Shown: piece after piece, positions 42,829 through 60,745 of the stretch
How positions within the stretch are numbered: the first letter of the stretch is position 1
How the letters are laid out: every line of letters starts with the position of its first letter
Assembly (NCBI RefSeq): GCF_009914755.1
Contig: NC_060941.1
Direction: 5' to 3' (one strand)
Source: the human T2T-CHM13v2.0 reference genome, Homo sapiens
DNA: 64,000 nt
The notes under the pieces: generated by a model
The model's database searches: none
Told to the model about the DNA's origin: nothing
What the model saw: the letters and a program-made list of their open reading frames with translations, nothing else
Position numbers and translations under genes: made by a program

Positions 42829-43222
42829 GTACTTTAACTGCAGCTCCCCCGGGGTGCAGGCCTGCAGCCTTCCCGCCTCCTGCTGCATCGACCCCCGCGA
42901 AGATGGAGCCTCTGTCAACGACCAGTGCGGCTTCGGGGTCCTGCGCCTGGATGCGGACGCAGCTCAGAGAGTGGTGTACCTGGAGGGCTGCGGCCCGCCG
43001 CTCCGGCGGTGGCTGCGCGCGAACCTGGCTGCCTCGGGCGGCTACGCAATCGCGGTGGTGCTGCTGCAGGGCGCGGAGCTCCTGCTGGCCGCCCGGCTAC
43101 TCGGGGCCCTCGCTGCCCGCAGTGGGGCGGCGTACGGCCCCGGAGCGCGCGGGGAGGACCGCGCTGGCCCCCAGAGCCCCAGCCCCGGCGCCCCGCCCGC
43201 TGCCAAGCCCGCCCGGGGCTGA
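42829..43222 (+). CDS. TSPAN10: TSPAN10 last exon (YFNCSS...KPARG*)
   Basis: ttgcag acceptor; 394 nt to TGA; 36+638+394 = 1068 nt = 355 aa; 8 Cys in the large loop, typical of the TspanC8 (ADAM10-regulating) subgroup. Confidence 0.97.
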
Positions 43223-43624
43223 GCGCACGCCCCGAGGTCCGAGACCGCCACGCACAGGGATACAGGGGGCGCCTCCGCCCGGCTAAAAAGCGCGGCCTGC
43301 GCCGCCGCCGCCGCCTGATTTCGCTCGGGCTTCGGGTGACTTCGCCGCAGGACCTACCCAGCTCGCTCACTTCGCTCGCTCCGCGTCCCCCATGCCAGCC
43401 CCCAACGCAGGGCGCCCGGCGAAGCCACGGGACTGGCGGGAGGAGCACGCGGGGCCGGAGGAAATCCTGGAGCTGACCCTCACCTCCGAGCCCCCACTCC
43501 CACCCCAGCCGCACAGTTCCCACCTCCTGGCACCTCCCTCCCCTGGGGCCGCCACCCCTTCTGGGCTCGTGATGGTGGAGCTAAGGTCCAGGCCTCTCCC
43601 TCCCGAGTGCATTTTTGGGGAGAT

Positions 43625-43663
43625 AGTAAATGTTTTATTCGGGTGTATCATTCATACAGTAAA
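43625..43663 (+). terminator. Candidate TSPAN10 poly(A) signals (AGTAAA x2)
   Basis: Variant hexamers at 43625-30 and 43658-63 in an AT-rich patch after the GC-rich 3'UTR; I saw no sense AATAAA nearby. Confidence 0.5.
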
Positions 43664-44014
43664 GACACCAATCTTCAGAGGCAGCGTAGGGAATTCTTAC
43701 CCATCGAAGACCGTGAACCACCGCAGGTCCGATCGGGGAGTTCCAGCCCCTGGCGGCGCGCTCAACCCCAAGTCAGCCCTGCACTGACTACATTGCCAGG
43801 GCCAGCGGGGCCTGTTTCGGGCTTTCACATAAGCGGAATCCCAGAGGGTCTGTGGGGAGTCAGATCTGGCCCTTGCTGCGAATGGACTGGTCCATGTGAA
43901 CAGGGGGCTACTGTGAGGGCCCCTGCTGCTGGGCCAGCTTGCAGAGCTCTTGCTTCCCCTGGATGTGGTGTCAGGAGTGGGATCTTGGTTACAAATGGGC
44001 ATGTTTGTTTTTGT

Positions 44015-44962
<948 letters not shown>

Positions 44963-45405
44963 GATACAGCCAGTTTTAGTGGGCACTGTCTAAGGACGAG
45001 CTGGCTGGGTGCTCTGGGGGAGTTGCTAGTGTCACTGTGCCTCAGTTTCTCTCTTGTGAGGTGGGAGTAGGAGCTCCGGCCTCACGGCGTGTGGTGTAAG
45101 CCATGTCCAGTCTCACCTTCTCTGTGTGGCCTGTTCCAGCCACCTGCATGCTTCATTGACTATGGCCCCTGGGTGTGCACCAAGGCCTTCTGCCTTGACC
45201 CAGCCATGGCCTGACATTGCGTGTCTTGGGGCCACCAGCAAGGCTCAGTGAGAGTGTGAGCCCAAGGGCTGTCTTCCCACTCAGGCAGGCCAGCCCCTCC
45301 TGCCCCACTGCCCACCCCTTCCCCCATGTGCTCCGGCTCAAGTGACCCCACCACAGGCCCTGTCCCATGCACAAATATGCCACAGACAGGCAAGGACACA
45401 CTAAT

Positions 45406-45411
45406 TTTATT
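45406..45411 (-). terminator. PDE6G poly(A) signal
   Basis: AATAAA on the - strand about 600 nt after the stop codon. Confidence 0.8.
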
Positions 45412-46003
45412 TTGAAATAGGGACTGCAAGGGCAGGCTGTATTGAGAAGGATGGCCCCCTGGTGTGATGAGCTTGGGGCCTCATCTGCTCACCGTGCACG
45501 CCCTGGAGTCCTGCTACCCAGCATGTCCAAACTAAGGGCACCCCCCTGGGAAGGGATGCAGAGACGGGGAGCTTCTCTGTATCCCCTTACAGGCAGGACA
45601 GGGGACTGGGGTGCAGAAGCACTCTGGGGAGACCTGCCCTAGCTTTCCAGCTGGGAGGAGGGGACGATCTGGGGTCCAGCAGGCTCCCGGGCTGGGGTCC
45701 ACTTCCCGTTCTCCCTGGGAGTGGAGACCAACCAAGCCTCTCTGTGGGCAGGACTGAGGGGTGGGCCTGTATCTCCAGATGTTGAGCAGGGCCTGGCCAG
45801 CCCCTGAGGGGGCATCCTAGAGGGAGGTGGTGGGCTCCTGGTGACTGGTATTAATATGTAGGGGGAGACCTGAGGTTGCAGTCCCATCCTGGTGTCCAGG
45901 TGCCATCTGGGCTAGGGAGGCATCTCCTCAACAGGAATCCTGAGCAGGGTTTAGAGCACAGTGGGCAGGAGGGGGAGGGTCTGGACTTCAGCAGGGCCTC
46001 GTG

Positions 46004-46080
46004 CTAGATGATGCCATATTGGGCCAGCTCGTGCAGCTCCAGGTGGTTGAAGGCCTCCCAAGGGCAGATGACTGTGATGT
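46004..46080 (-). CDS. PDE6G: PDE6G exon 4 coding part ([25 protein letters not shown])
   Basis: ccacag acceptor; TAG stop; total 264 nt = 87 aa. Confidence 0.98.
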
Positions 46081-46574
46081 CTGTGGGAGAAACGGGCCAC
46101 GGATCAGAGAGGATCCCACGGCCTAGGGACCCCCCCATCCCCTGTGGCCCTGTTTCCCACAGCCCAGGTATAGCCCTACAGTGTGCTGAGCGGGGACGTG
46201 CGGACGCTGGAGTGGGGCCCTCCTCTGGGGACACACTGGCTGTGGGGGAAGGAGGGTGGGTGCAGCAGGTCCAGGGGAGGGAACCAGAGGAGGGTGGGGC
46301 TTGCTGAAGGGGGAGGAGGCAGCGAGGGGTTCTGTTCTTTCCCAAACCCCTCCCCTCACCTGGTGCAAGTGTCCCAAATGGGGACAGCCCCACCCTCTAG
46401 ATCCAGTGGATCTGGAGCTCAGTGTTGGGGGAAGAAGTGATGGACAGGCTGGGGGTCCCTAAGTGAAAAGCAGGGGAGGTGGGGGCCGAGGTGGGCTGCA
46501 ATGGGCCCCGGGCGTGCTGGGTGTGCCTGGGGGGACCTGGGCAGACCTCGGGTTGGTACTGGCAGCCGTCATAC

Positions 46575-46615
46575 CTGTTCCCAGGCCTTCCATTCCAGGG
46601 ATGTCGTCCCCAAAC
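46575..46615 (-). CDS. PDE6G: PDE6G exon 3 (FGDDIPGMEGLGT)
   Basis: ttgcag acceptor; 41 nt; gtatga donor. Confidence 0.98.
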
Positions 46616-47014
46616 CTGCAAGGACAGAGCACTCAGGGACATGGCCGGGCCCAGTCCTGGCTCAGTCAGCCTGAGGCCCGAGGTCATCTCTAGCCTTCCT
46701 AGGAGATGAGGTGTTTGGCTGGGAGCCCAGTGGGCAGAGACCCGCCTCCTCCCCAACCTCCCAGGGCTTGGCGCATCTGAGGAGGCTTCCCTCACAGACC
46801 CAGGGTGAGTCTGCTGCCCAGAGCATCATGGGGCTGAGGCCTAGAAAAGGAGGTGCAAGTCCCAGGATGCTGGGCAGGTGCGTGCCCTGGGGGAGTACGG
46901 GGGGGTGCGTGGTTGGTGCATGGTCTGAGTGTAGATTTGTGAAGGTGGCTTGTCTGTGAGTGTGCCTCACGTGCATATGTGGAGGTGTGAGCGTGTTTGT
47001 GCATAAGAGTGTCA

Positions 47015-49986
<2,972 letters not shown>

Positions 49987-51422
49987 AACCCCTCTGATTC
50001 TTATTGATGGGTTTATTGCTTTCTGCCTCTTGTCTGTGCTTTGCAGTTGGGGTGCTGTCAGTTCCCTTCACCCACTCACGGAGGCATCCCTGAGCCCCTC
50101 AGCACCATGACGGGCACCCCGCAGTGCTGATGGAGAATGACCCACAAAATGGGGGGCAGGGTCCCCAGGCACGGCGCCCCTGGGAAAGGGGCCTGTCTCA
50201 GAGACTTGGTGCTGAGCTGTGAAGCCCTGCGTTCCCCAACCCCACTTCATAGAGGGACAAGCTGGGGCTCGGGAACGGAGGGTGCCGGGCATGTGTTCCC
50301 CCTGCTGGGGGAATCACCAGGCCCTCTCTGTGTCTGGAGTCAGCTCGGGGAGCAGGGTCACCCGCCTGGCGTGGCGTGGCGTGGCTGAAGGGCCTCGGCC
50401 GCTCTGGACGAGATCAGTGTCCCTGCACTGCTGCACAGGGTGGCCTCTCCTCCTCCTCTCCCTACAGCCTCTCCCCAGATGCCCTAAGCCCCAGTGACCT
50501 GGGCCAAGGGCAGTTCAGCTTCCCCTAAGCCTATTAACAGCAGAGGGGAATTCCTAATCTCCCATCGAGCTGCTGTCAGCTGCACATGCTGCCGGAAAGT
50601 TCTGGAAGGAGGCACATGACACAGACAGGAGGGGCTGCTTGCCCGCACTGGATGCCCCAGGGACCACCTCTTGGGGTCCCCTTTCCTGCCCCTGGTCTTT
50701 TTGGCTGGGATTCCTGACTCCAGCCCTGGGCTACTACCAGCTGTTTGCCGAGCTTCAGGCGTGAGAGTGATCAGAAAGCAAGGGCAGGTGGCCCATTTCG
50801 GGGACGCGGGCTCTGCAAGGGGTGCTGGGCACCTGGGATTGGGGTGGACCCTGCCATGGCACCTTCCCTCACTAAGGTTCAGCCTCTGTCCCCGGGACTG
50901 GGACCAGCACCAGCCTGTGCAAAACCAGCACTCAGGAGCCCGGTGGTCCCAGCTGCTCAGATCCCATGGCACCCAATCCTCATATCCTAGATAGCACAGG
51001 CCCCGTCCAGCTGCTTCTCCAGCCCTGGGACATGGGCTGTCCTGGGCAGCTCTGGGCCCTGATGGAGCTCCAACCATCAGATGCCATCCATGTGGAAACC
51101 GCTGCCTGCGCTGCCCTGGCCCGACCCAGCCTGTGACTGGCGTCCACTCAGGTCAGCTGAGCCCACGTGGCCTGAGGTTCCCAGACCATCACTGGCCTGG
51201 GGATGGTGGAAGCACTGGTTACCATGGGGGAGCAGAGGAGGAGGTTGGCTGGGAGTCCCCTCTGAATAACAGGGTGGCGGGTAGGCATCTGCAGACCCAG
51301 ACCTCAGCCACGGTGGTAAAAGCCTGTCAGCTCCCTCTGCCCCTTGGGTGATGAGCAGACCCCCACTGACTCACTGGGGGAAGTGGCTGCCAGGAAAGAC
51401 AGCGGGGTTGGCCACTACTCAC

Positions 51423-51470
51423 CAAGTGCAGGGCGGGTCTCAGGGGGCTGTGCTGTGAGTGCTGGGCCTC
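51423..51470 (-). other. PDE6G: PDE6G non-coding exon 1 (5' boundary approximate)
   Basis: TTG|gtgagt donor at 51422-51417; GATAAA TATA-like box at 51501-51496 upstream. Confidence 0.75.
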
Positions 51471-51489
51471 CCTCCGCAGGGTGCCAGCC

Positions 51490-51555
51490 CCGGCCTTTAT
51501 CTCGCTGCTTCATGAGCTGATTAGGCGTCTCAGTGCCACCCTAATGAGATTGTTG
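51490..51555 (-). promoter_or_regulatory. Rod-photoreceptor-type core promoter of PDE6G
   Basis: CRX/OTX2-type CTAATCA at 51524-51518; homeodomain site CTAATGAGATT at 51541-51551; GATAAA box. Confidence 0.65.
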
Positions 51556-52129
51556 GGCCCCGAGGGGGGGCACAACCACCAAGGTTCAGGGGATGGAGAG
51601 GAGGGGCTCAGGTGCTGTCAAGGGCTCCAAGGAAGGACACCCAGCAGATGGGGCCGGGACAGGGAGAGAAGTGTGACCCTGAACAGCCAGGCTCCTGCAG
51701 CTGCCCATCTTCCAGATGGAAGCAACCACAGTGTCTGCTGTCTTGGGCCTCCCTACTGCCTTTCCTGACCCTGCCTGATCTCTGAAGGGCCCACCTTCAT
51801 GGTCCCCAAAACCCTCTGCAGCCTGGCCCTCACCCGCTGCTGTGGCCTCACATCTCACCCCTCCCACCCCAGGGCCTTTGCACCTGCTGCTCCTGAAACC
51901 AAACAAGGACCCCCCCCCGCCCTTAGGGGCCTGTGGGTCTTCCCAAGCACAGAAGCAAGGACAATGTTGAGTTCCTTCAAGGGCAAGCCAGGCCCCCAGC
52001 CAGCCCAGAGAAGGAAATGAGCAGCCGATCCACAGGAAGGTCACAAGAAGGTCACAGGAGCTTAGAACAACAGATGGAAGCCAGAGTCCCGAGAGTCTCC
52101 ACAGAAGCAAACCATGCCATCTTAGCAGG

Positions 52130-52525
52130 TGCTCCTCAGTTGTTTTCCAGAAACAGGGACTCCCACCAAAGGGGCGTGCTGGCACACAGACCTCACATGA
52201 GCGGGAGCTGAGGACTGGCCTCTGACCACCCTTCTCTTACCTAAATTTCTTCCTGAGGGGCCTGGAGGAGGCTATGCCCATCCTGAGGGGCCTGGAGGAG
52301 GCCATGCCCACAACCCAGAGCTAACATTCTTTCCTGCGGATCCCAAAGTTTTAGACAAAGATTCGCTTCTGCACCAAATCAGAAAACCTTTGAATCCACC
52401 TATGACCCGTGGTCCCTGGCTTCAAGATCTCCTTGCTATTTATGGCAAAACCAGTGTACAACCTCCATGTACTGATTTATGACTTGCCTGTGACCTCTGC
52501 CTCTGCACCTTTAAAAACCCATAAC
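52130..52525 (+). mobile_element. ERV1 MER4-group LTR fragment (MER39-like)
   Basis: TTTGAATCCACCTATGACC...AAACCAGTGTACAACCTCCATGTACTGATTTATGAC...CTTTAAAAACCC motifs. Confidence 0.6.
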
Positions 52526-52647
52526 TCAGGCCTGGTGTGGTGGCTCATGCCTGTAATCCCAGCACTTTGGGAGGCTGAGGCAGGTGGATCACAAGGTCAG
52601 GAGATCGAGACCATCCTTGCTAACATGGTGAAACCCCGACTCTACTA

Positions 52648-52776
<129 letters not shown>

Positions 52777-53565
52777 CTAGAGCCTGGGCGACAGAGCGAG
52801 ATTCTGTTTCAGATAAATAAATAAATAAATAAATAAATAAAAACCCATAACTCGGCCGGGAGCAGTGGCTCTCAAACAGCGCTTTGGGAGGCTGAGGCAG
52901 GAGGATCACTTGAGGCCAGGAGTTCAAGACCAGCCTGGACAACATAGTGAGACCCCCCCATCTCTACAAAAAATAGAAAAAATTAGCTAGGTGCAGTGGC
53001 TCACTTCTTATTTTATTATTTCATTTTTGAGACTGAGTCTCGCTCTGTTGCCCAGGCTGGAGTGCAGTGGCCTGATCTCGGCTCACTGCAACCTCTGCCT
53101 CCTGAGTTCAAGTGATTCTCCTGCCTCGGCCTCCTGAGTAGCTGGGATTACAGGCTCCCACCACCACGCCCAGCTAATTTTTAATATTTTTAGTAGAGAC
53201 AGGGTTTCACCATGTTAGCCAGGATGGTCTCAATCTCCTGACCTCGTGATCTGCCCACTTTGGCCTCCCGAAGTGCTGGGATTACAGGTGTGAGCCACCG
53301 TGCCCGGCCACAGTGGCTCACTTCTATAGACCCAGCTACTTGGGAGGCTGAGGCAGGAGGATCCCTTGAGCCTAGGAGCTCGAGGCTGCAGTGAGCCATG
53401 GTCAAACCACTCCAGCCTGGGGGACAGAGAGAGACCCTATCTCTGAAGAAATATGAAAATTTTGAAAAATTAAAAATAAAACCTGGACGGGCATGGTGGC
53501 TCACGCCTGTAATCTCAGCACTTTGGGAGGCCGAGGCAGGTGGATTACTTGAGATCAGGAGTTCA

Positions 53566-53892
<327 letters not shown>

Positions 53893-54378
53893 CTAAACAA
53901 AGACCCTATAGCCTTGATTGTAAAACTCTAGCCATGAGACTGGCAAAAATCACTAGTCCAGAAAGGACGGCTGGATTCAAGTTATGCTGCAATAAATGGA
54001 ACAAGTCAAAAACCTCTTGTCCCACATGGCTCAATCCCTCACTCAGCCCCAGAGGAAACAAGATTGCAATCCATATCTTTTTTTTTTTTTTTTTTTTTTG
54101 AGAGACAGGATCTGGCTCTGTCACCTAGGCTGGAATGCAGAAGTGAAATATCGGTGGCTGCAGGAATTCAAGGCTGCAGAGAGCTATTATTGTACCATTG
54201 CACTTTAACCTGGGTGACAGAGCGAGACCTCAACTCTGAAATAGTAAAATAGGCCAGGCATGGTGGCTCATCCCTGTACTTTTGGAGGACGAGGTGGCTG
54301 GACCACCTGAGGTCAGGAGTTTGAGACCGGCCTGGGCAATATAGTGAAACCCCATCTCTACTAAAACTAAAAAAATTA

Positions 54379-54516
<138 letters not shown>

Positions 54517-54903
54517 TCATCTCAAAAATAAATAAATAATAAAAAAGAAATTAAACGGTGATGTGGAACACTCTTTAAATTGTCGTTCACCACATTTTCA
54601 TATCTTCACAATAATGCAAAACACAGTCACTTGCAGAACCGGTTCTGATGACTTAAATACCAGGTACAATTTTAGCCCTCTACGTAATTGCTTGGAAGTT
54701 ACTTATGTTTACATGAAATGAAACTATTAGGCCGGGCACATTGGCTCACGTCTGTAATCCCAGAACTTTGGGAGGCCAAGGTGGGCGGATCACCTGAGGT
54801 CAGGAGTTGGAGACCAGCCTGACCAACATGGAGAAGACCTGTCTCTACAAAAATACAAAATTAGCCGGGCGTGGTGGTGCATGCTTGTAATCCCAGCTAC
54901 TCA

Positions 54904-55008
<105 letters not shown>

Positions 55009-56251
55009 TCAAAAAAAGAAAAGAAACAAAATGAGACTATTAGGCTGGGCACGGTGGCTCACACCTGTAATCCAGCACTTTGGGAGGCTGAGGCAGGTGG
55101 ATCAGCTGAGGCCAGGTGTTCGACACCAGCTTGGCCAACATGGCGAAACCCTGTCTCTACTAAAAATACAAAAAATTAGCCAGGCGTGGTGGCAGGTGCC
55201 TTAATCCTAGCTACTGGGGAGGCTGAGGCAGGAGAATTTTTTGAACTCGGTAAGTGGAGGTTGCAGTGAGCAGAGATTGTGCCATTGCTCTCTAGCCTGG
55301 GCGACAGAGACTCTGTCTCAAAACAAAAAAATGAAGCTATTAATACTTTTCTACAGCAGTAACTACACACAGGAAGACCAAGACAAGCACAAGTTAAGGA
55401 ATGGAGCTTTCCCAAAGCGGCTGTGTATAAAGACTATAAACTGTTTTTCGTTTGTTTTTTGAGAACAAACAAACTCACTGCAGCCTTGACCTCCTCAGGC
55501 TCAAGCAATCCTGCCACATCAGCCTCCTGAGTAGCTGGGACTACAGGTGCTCACCACCACACCCGGCTAATTTTTGTATTTTTTGTAAAGATAGAGTCTC
55601 ACTATGTTGCCCAGGGTGGTCTCAAACTCCTAGACTCAAGTGATCCGCCCGTCTCAGACTCCCACAGTGCTAGGATTACAGGCGTGAGCTGCCGTGCCCG
55701 GCCGGACATACGTAGTTTTTTGCCATGGCTTTTCTTGTGTTCTCTATCTACAGGCTAAGCAGATTCTGTGTGCTGCCCTGGGGTCTTGAATTACTTCAAG
55801 TGCTCATGTTGAACTATGAATATGATTGTGTGTGTGATTGTTTTGTTTTTAGAGACAGGGGTCTCTGCCACCCAGGCTGGAGTGTAGTGAGGCAATCATG
55901 ACTTACTTCCGTCTTGACTTCCTGGCCCAAGTGATCCTCCTGCCTCAGCCTCCCAAGTAGGTGGGATTACAGGCACACACCACCATGCCCAGCTAAGTTT
56001 TTAAAAATTGTTTTGTAGGCTGGGCATGGTAGCTCATACCTGTAATCACAGCACTTTGGAGGCCAAGGCAGGAGCCCAGGAGTTTACGACCAACTTGGGC
56101 AACGTAGGAAGACCCCCATCTCCACATACAGACACAGACAAAAAACAATGAACCGGGCATGGTGGCACTTGCCTGTAGTCCCAGCTACTTGGTAGGCTAA
56201 GATGGGAAGATCACTTCAGCCTTGGCGGTTGAGGCTGCAGTGAGCTATGCC

Positions 56252-57599
<1,348 letters not shown>

Positions 57600-57864
57600 C
57601 TAAACAACTCATGAAAACTAAGCAGTTGGCCGGGCACAGTGGCTCATGCCTGCAATCCCAGCACTTTACAGGGCCGAGGCAAGTGGATTACCTGAGCCTA
57701 GGAGTTCAAGACCAGCTGGGTGATATGGCGAAACCCCGTCTCTAGTAAAAATACAAAAAATTAGCTGGATGTGGTGGCACGCGCCTGTAGTCCCAGCTAC
57801 TTGTGTGGCTGAGGCAGGAGAATGGCTTTGAACCCAGGAGGCGGAGGCTACAGAACTAAGCAGT

Positions 57865-58290
57865 CCGCGGACTTGCTTTGGGGATCCTGGGTACCAAAAA
57901 TATGGACCTGGGTCTTTGGGCGACTTGGTGGGGAGTGGCATCCCACGAGCACAGGATGAGGAATCTTACTTCGGGAATTCTTGCTGAGAAAAGTGCGTCG
58001 GCAAGGCCGCCCAGCAGAGAGGAATTCATTCACCGGCTCAGGTTGTCTTAGATAATAGGGTAGCTGTAGATTACATCTTAGGTGAGCAGGGAGGACCACA
58101 TAAGGTTGCAAATCCCACGTCCTGTACTTACACACATGAATCTGCAAAGATTAAAAACCCATGTAGGTGACATTAGAGAACAGGCCACTTGGTTATGGCA
58201 GGTTTCCCTGACTGCCACTGAGAACTGTTTTCTTTCCTTGTTTTCTTAGATTTCTTATGGAATAATCCACATTTTCAGGATTGCTAAACT
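57865..58290 (+). pseudogene. Degraded endogenous retrovirus env (TM subunit) remnant
   Basis: Translates with frameshifts as WWGVASHEHRMRNLT / AAQQRGIHSPAQVVLDNRVAVDYILGEQGG / KTHVGDIREQATWL: heptad repeat plus class I immunosuppressive domain. Confidence 0.75.
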
Positions 58291-58329
58291 TAGGCATGTC
58301 AGCCTTGCTAATTTTTTTTTTTTTTTTAG

Positions 58330-58512
<183 letters not shown>

Positions 58513-59480
58513 TAGCCAGGATGGTCTCAATCTCCTGACCTCATGATCAGCCCGCCTTGGCCTCCCAAAGTGCTGGCTTTACAGGCGTGAGCCACCGCGC
58601 CTGGCCGGTTTTTTTTTTTTTTCTTTTTGAGATAGAGTCTTGCTCTGTCACCCAGGCTGCAGTGTAGTGGCATAATCTCAGCTGACTGCAACCTCTGCCT
58701 CCCAGGTTCAAGCAATTCTGCCTCAGCCTCTCGAGTATCTGGGACTACAGTTGTGTGCCACCATGCCCCACTAACTTTAGTATTTTTTTTTTTGAGATGG
58801 AGTCTTGCTTGCTGTCGCCCAGGCTGGAGTGCAGTGGTGCCATCTCAGCTCACCGCAACCTCCACCTCTAGGTTCCAGCAATTCTCCTGCCTCAGCCTCC
58901 TGAGTAGGTGGGATTATAGGCACCCGCCACCGTGCCCAGCTAATTACTGTAATTTCAGTAGAGAAGGGGTTTCCCCACGTTTGGCCAGGCTGGTCTCAAA
59001 CTCCTGATCTCAGGTGATCCACCCACCTAGGCCTCCCAAAATGCTGGGATTACAGGCGTGAGTCACCACGCCTGGCCACGTCCTGCTGCTCTTACCAACT
59101 CCCCTGGGAGCTGCGGCTGAAGGAGCTGGAAGGACTGGTTCCAGGTAGTGCTTGGGCCACTGAGGGCTGATCTGCAGCCCCTGCCAGGCTGGTGGAAGGG
59201 CACCCGAGGACCCCTGCCAGGGATTGATGGCAGCTGGACAGATGGGCACTTCCAGGCTGCCTGTGGGCTTCTGTGCCTGCCAAAGGCTTTGCCACAGTGA
59301 CTCAATGAGATCAGATGGCCTTCCCTCTGCTGCACGCTGAGAGCAACCAGAGCAGGCCTTTGCCAGGACTTGGGGGAAGGTGGGACCTGGCCTGGAAGGG
59401 GCACTGGGGTCACTGTCATTTGACTGTTCAACGAAAAGGGGTCCTATTTATTGAGTCAGAGTTTCACTCTCGTCACCTAG

Positions 59481-59699
<219 letters not shown>

Positions 59700-59970
59700 T
59701 GAGCCACCACACCCGGCTGGGGGTCTTATTTTCACCACACTCGGCTGGGGGTCTTATTTTACCCTCATGGCAGGGTGATGGCTGCAAGAGCTCCGGAGGT
59801 GCATAATGCCGACCTGGACCTGCTCGCTTTGAAGATGCAACACAAGCCTTACGGACAACCACACAAAAGCCTCCTGTTGAGGCCAAATCAGCAGCCATTC
59901 TGGTTGGCAGACATACTGCCAAAAAAACCACCCCCAAAACAAAAACCTCCTGTGAAACCACCATAGAGAA

Positions 59971-59976
59971 TTTATT
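59971..59976 (-). terminator. OXLD1 poly(A) signal
   Basis: AATAAA on the - strand about 140 nt after the stop codon. Confidence 0.8.
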
Positions 59977-60112
59977 TTTTTCTCAGGTGAAGTCAGTAAC
60001 TAATTCTTCCTATTCCCGTTGGACACAAGGAGTCTGTGAGGGGGTGTGAAGGAAGGAGGCTGCGGCTGCGTCCTGGACTCCGTCCTGCGGTAGGGAGTCC
60101 AGCAGGGATGGC

Positions 60113-60496
60113 TCAGCCTCCGCACCTGGTGTGCAGCCGGATCTCCATCCTGAGGAAGGCCTTGAGGTTCTCATCAGCCACGTGCTCCTCCAGGGCAGCC
60201 AGGGCCCGCTCCCCACCGTCCTGGAAGTGCTGCAGCAGCCTGTCCGCGTACTCCACCCACACGCAGTTGGGGCAGCCACTCATGCAGCAGTTTGTGGGCG
60301 GCTGGAGCTCAGGTGGCAGCGATGCCTTGGGCGGCCTGGTGCCGTCCGCACCTGCTTGGGAGCCCACCTCTACGTGGTCTGTCCCGAATTTTCTGCGCCC
60401 ATCAGGGGCTTGCGCTCCGGGATGGTGCCTTTGAAGAAAGCTGCCACCTCCAGGAAGCCTCTGGCAGCAGTCCGGGCTGGAGAACCGGCGAGCCCC
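60113..60496 (-). CDS. OXLD1: OXLD1 exon 2 (GARRFSS...[11 protein letters not shown]...TRCGG*)
   Basis: cctcag acceptor; 384 nt; CCxxGCxxC motif; total 147 aa. Confidence 0.93.
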   Translation of the reverse strand, partial: GARRFSSPDCCQRLPGGGSFLQRHHPGAQAPDGRRKFGTDHVEVGSQAGADGTRPPKASLPPELQPPTNCCMSGCPNCVWVEYADRLLQHFQDGGERALAALEEHVADENLKAFLRMEIRLHTRCGG

Positions 60497-60619
60497 CTGA
60501 GGATGCAGACAAACATGTGACTCTCCAGGAAGCTGGTGAGGCCCGGTCTACCCCCAGCAGTGAGGACATTTCAGCTCTCCTGTCATTGGGCAACTGGCTC
60601 CATGTCCTCAGCTTTTTCA

Positions 60620-60745
60620 CTTCCTGTGACTTTAGACATGTTATTTCACCTCTCTAGACTCAGTTTCCCCACTGTGCAATGGAAGTCATGGGTATGACAC
60701 GGTGTGATTCACAAGAAGTGCCAGGATCAGGGCCTGGCGCCGGGT
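60620..60745 (+). mobile_element. MIR remnant in the OXLD1 intron
   Basis: TGTGACTTTAGACATGTTATTTCACCTCTCTAGACTCAGTTTCCCCACTGTGCAATGG core. Confidence 0.6.

Noticed and set aside
43633-43639. Minus-strand AATAAA in the TSPAN10 3'UTR as the PDE6G end
   Set aside because: A closer canonical signal exists at 45406-45411; at most a read-through site.
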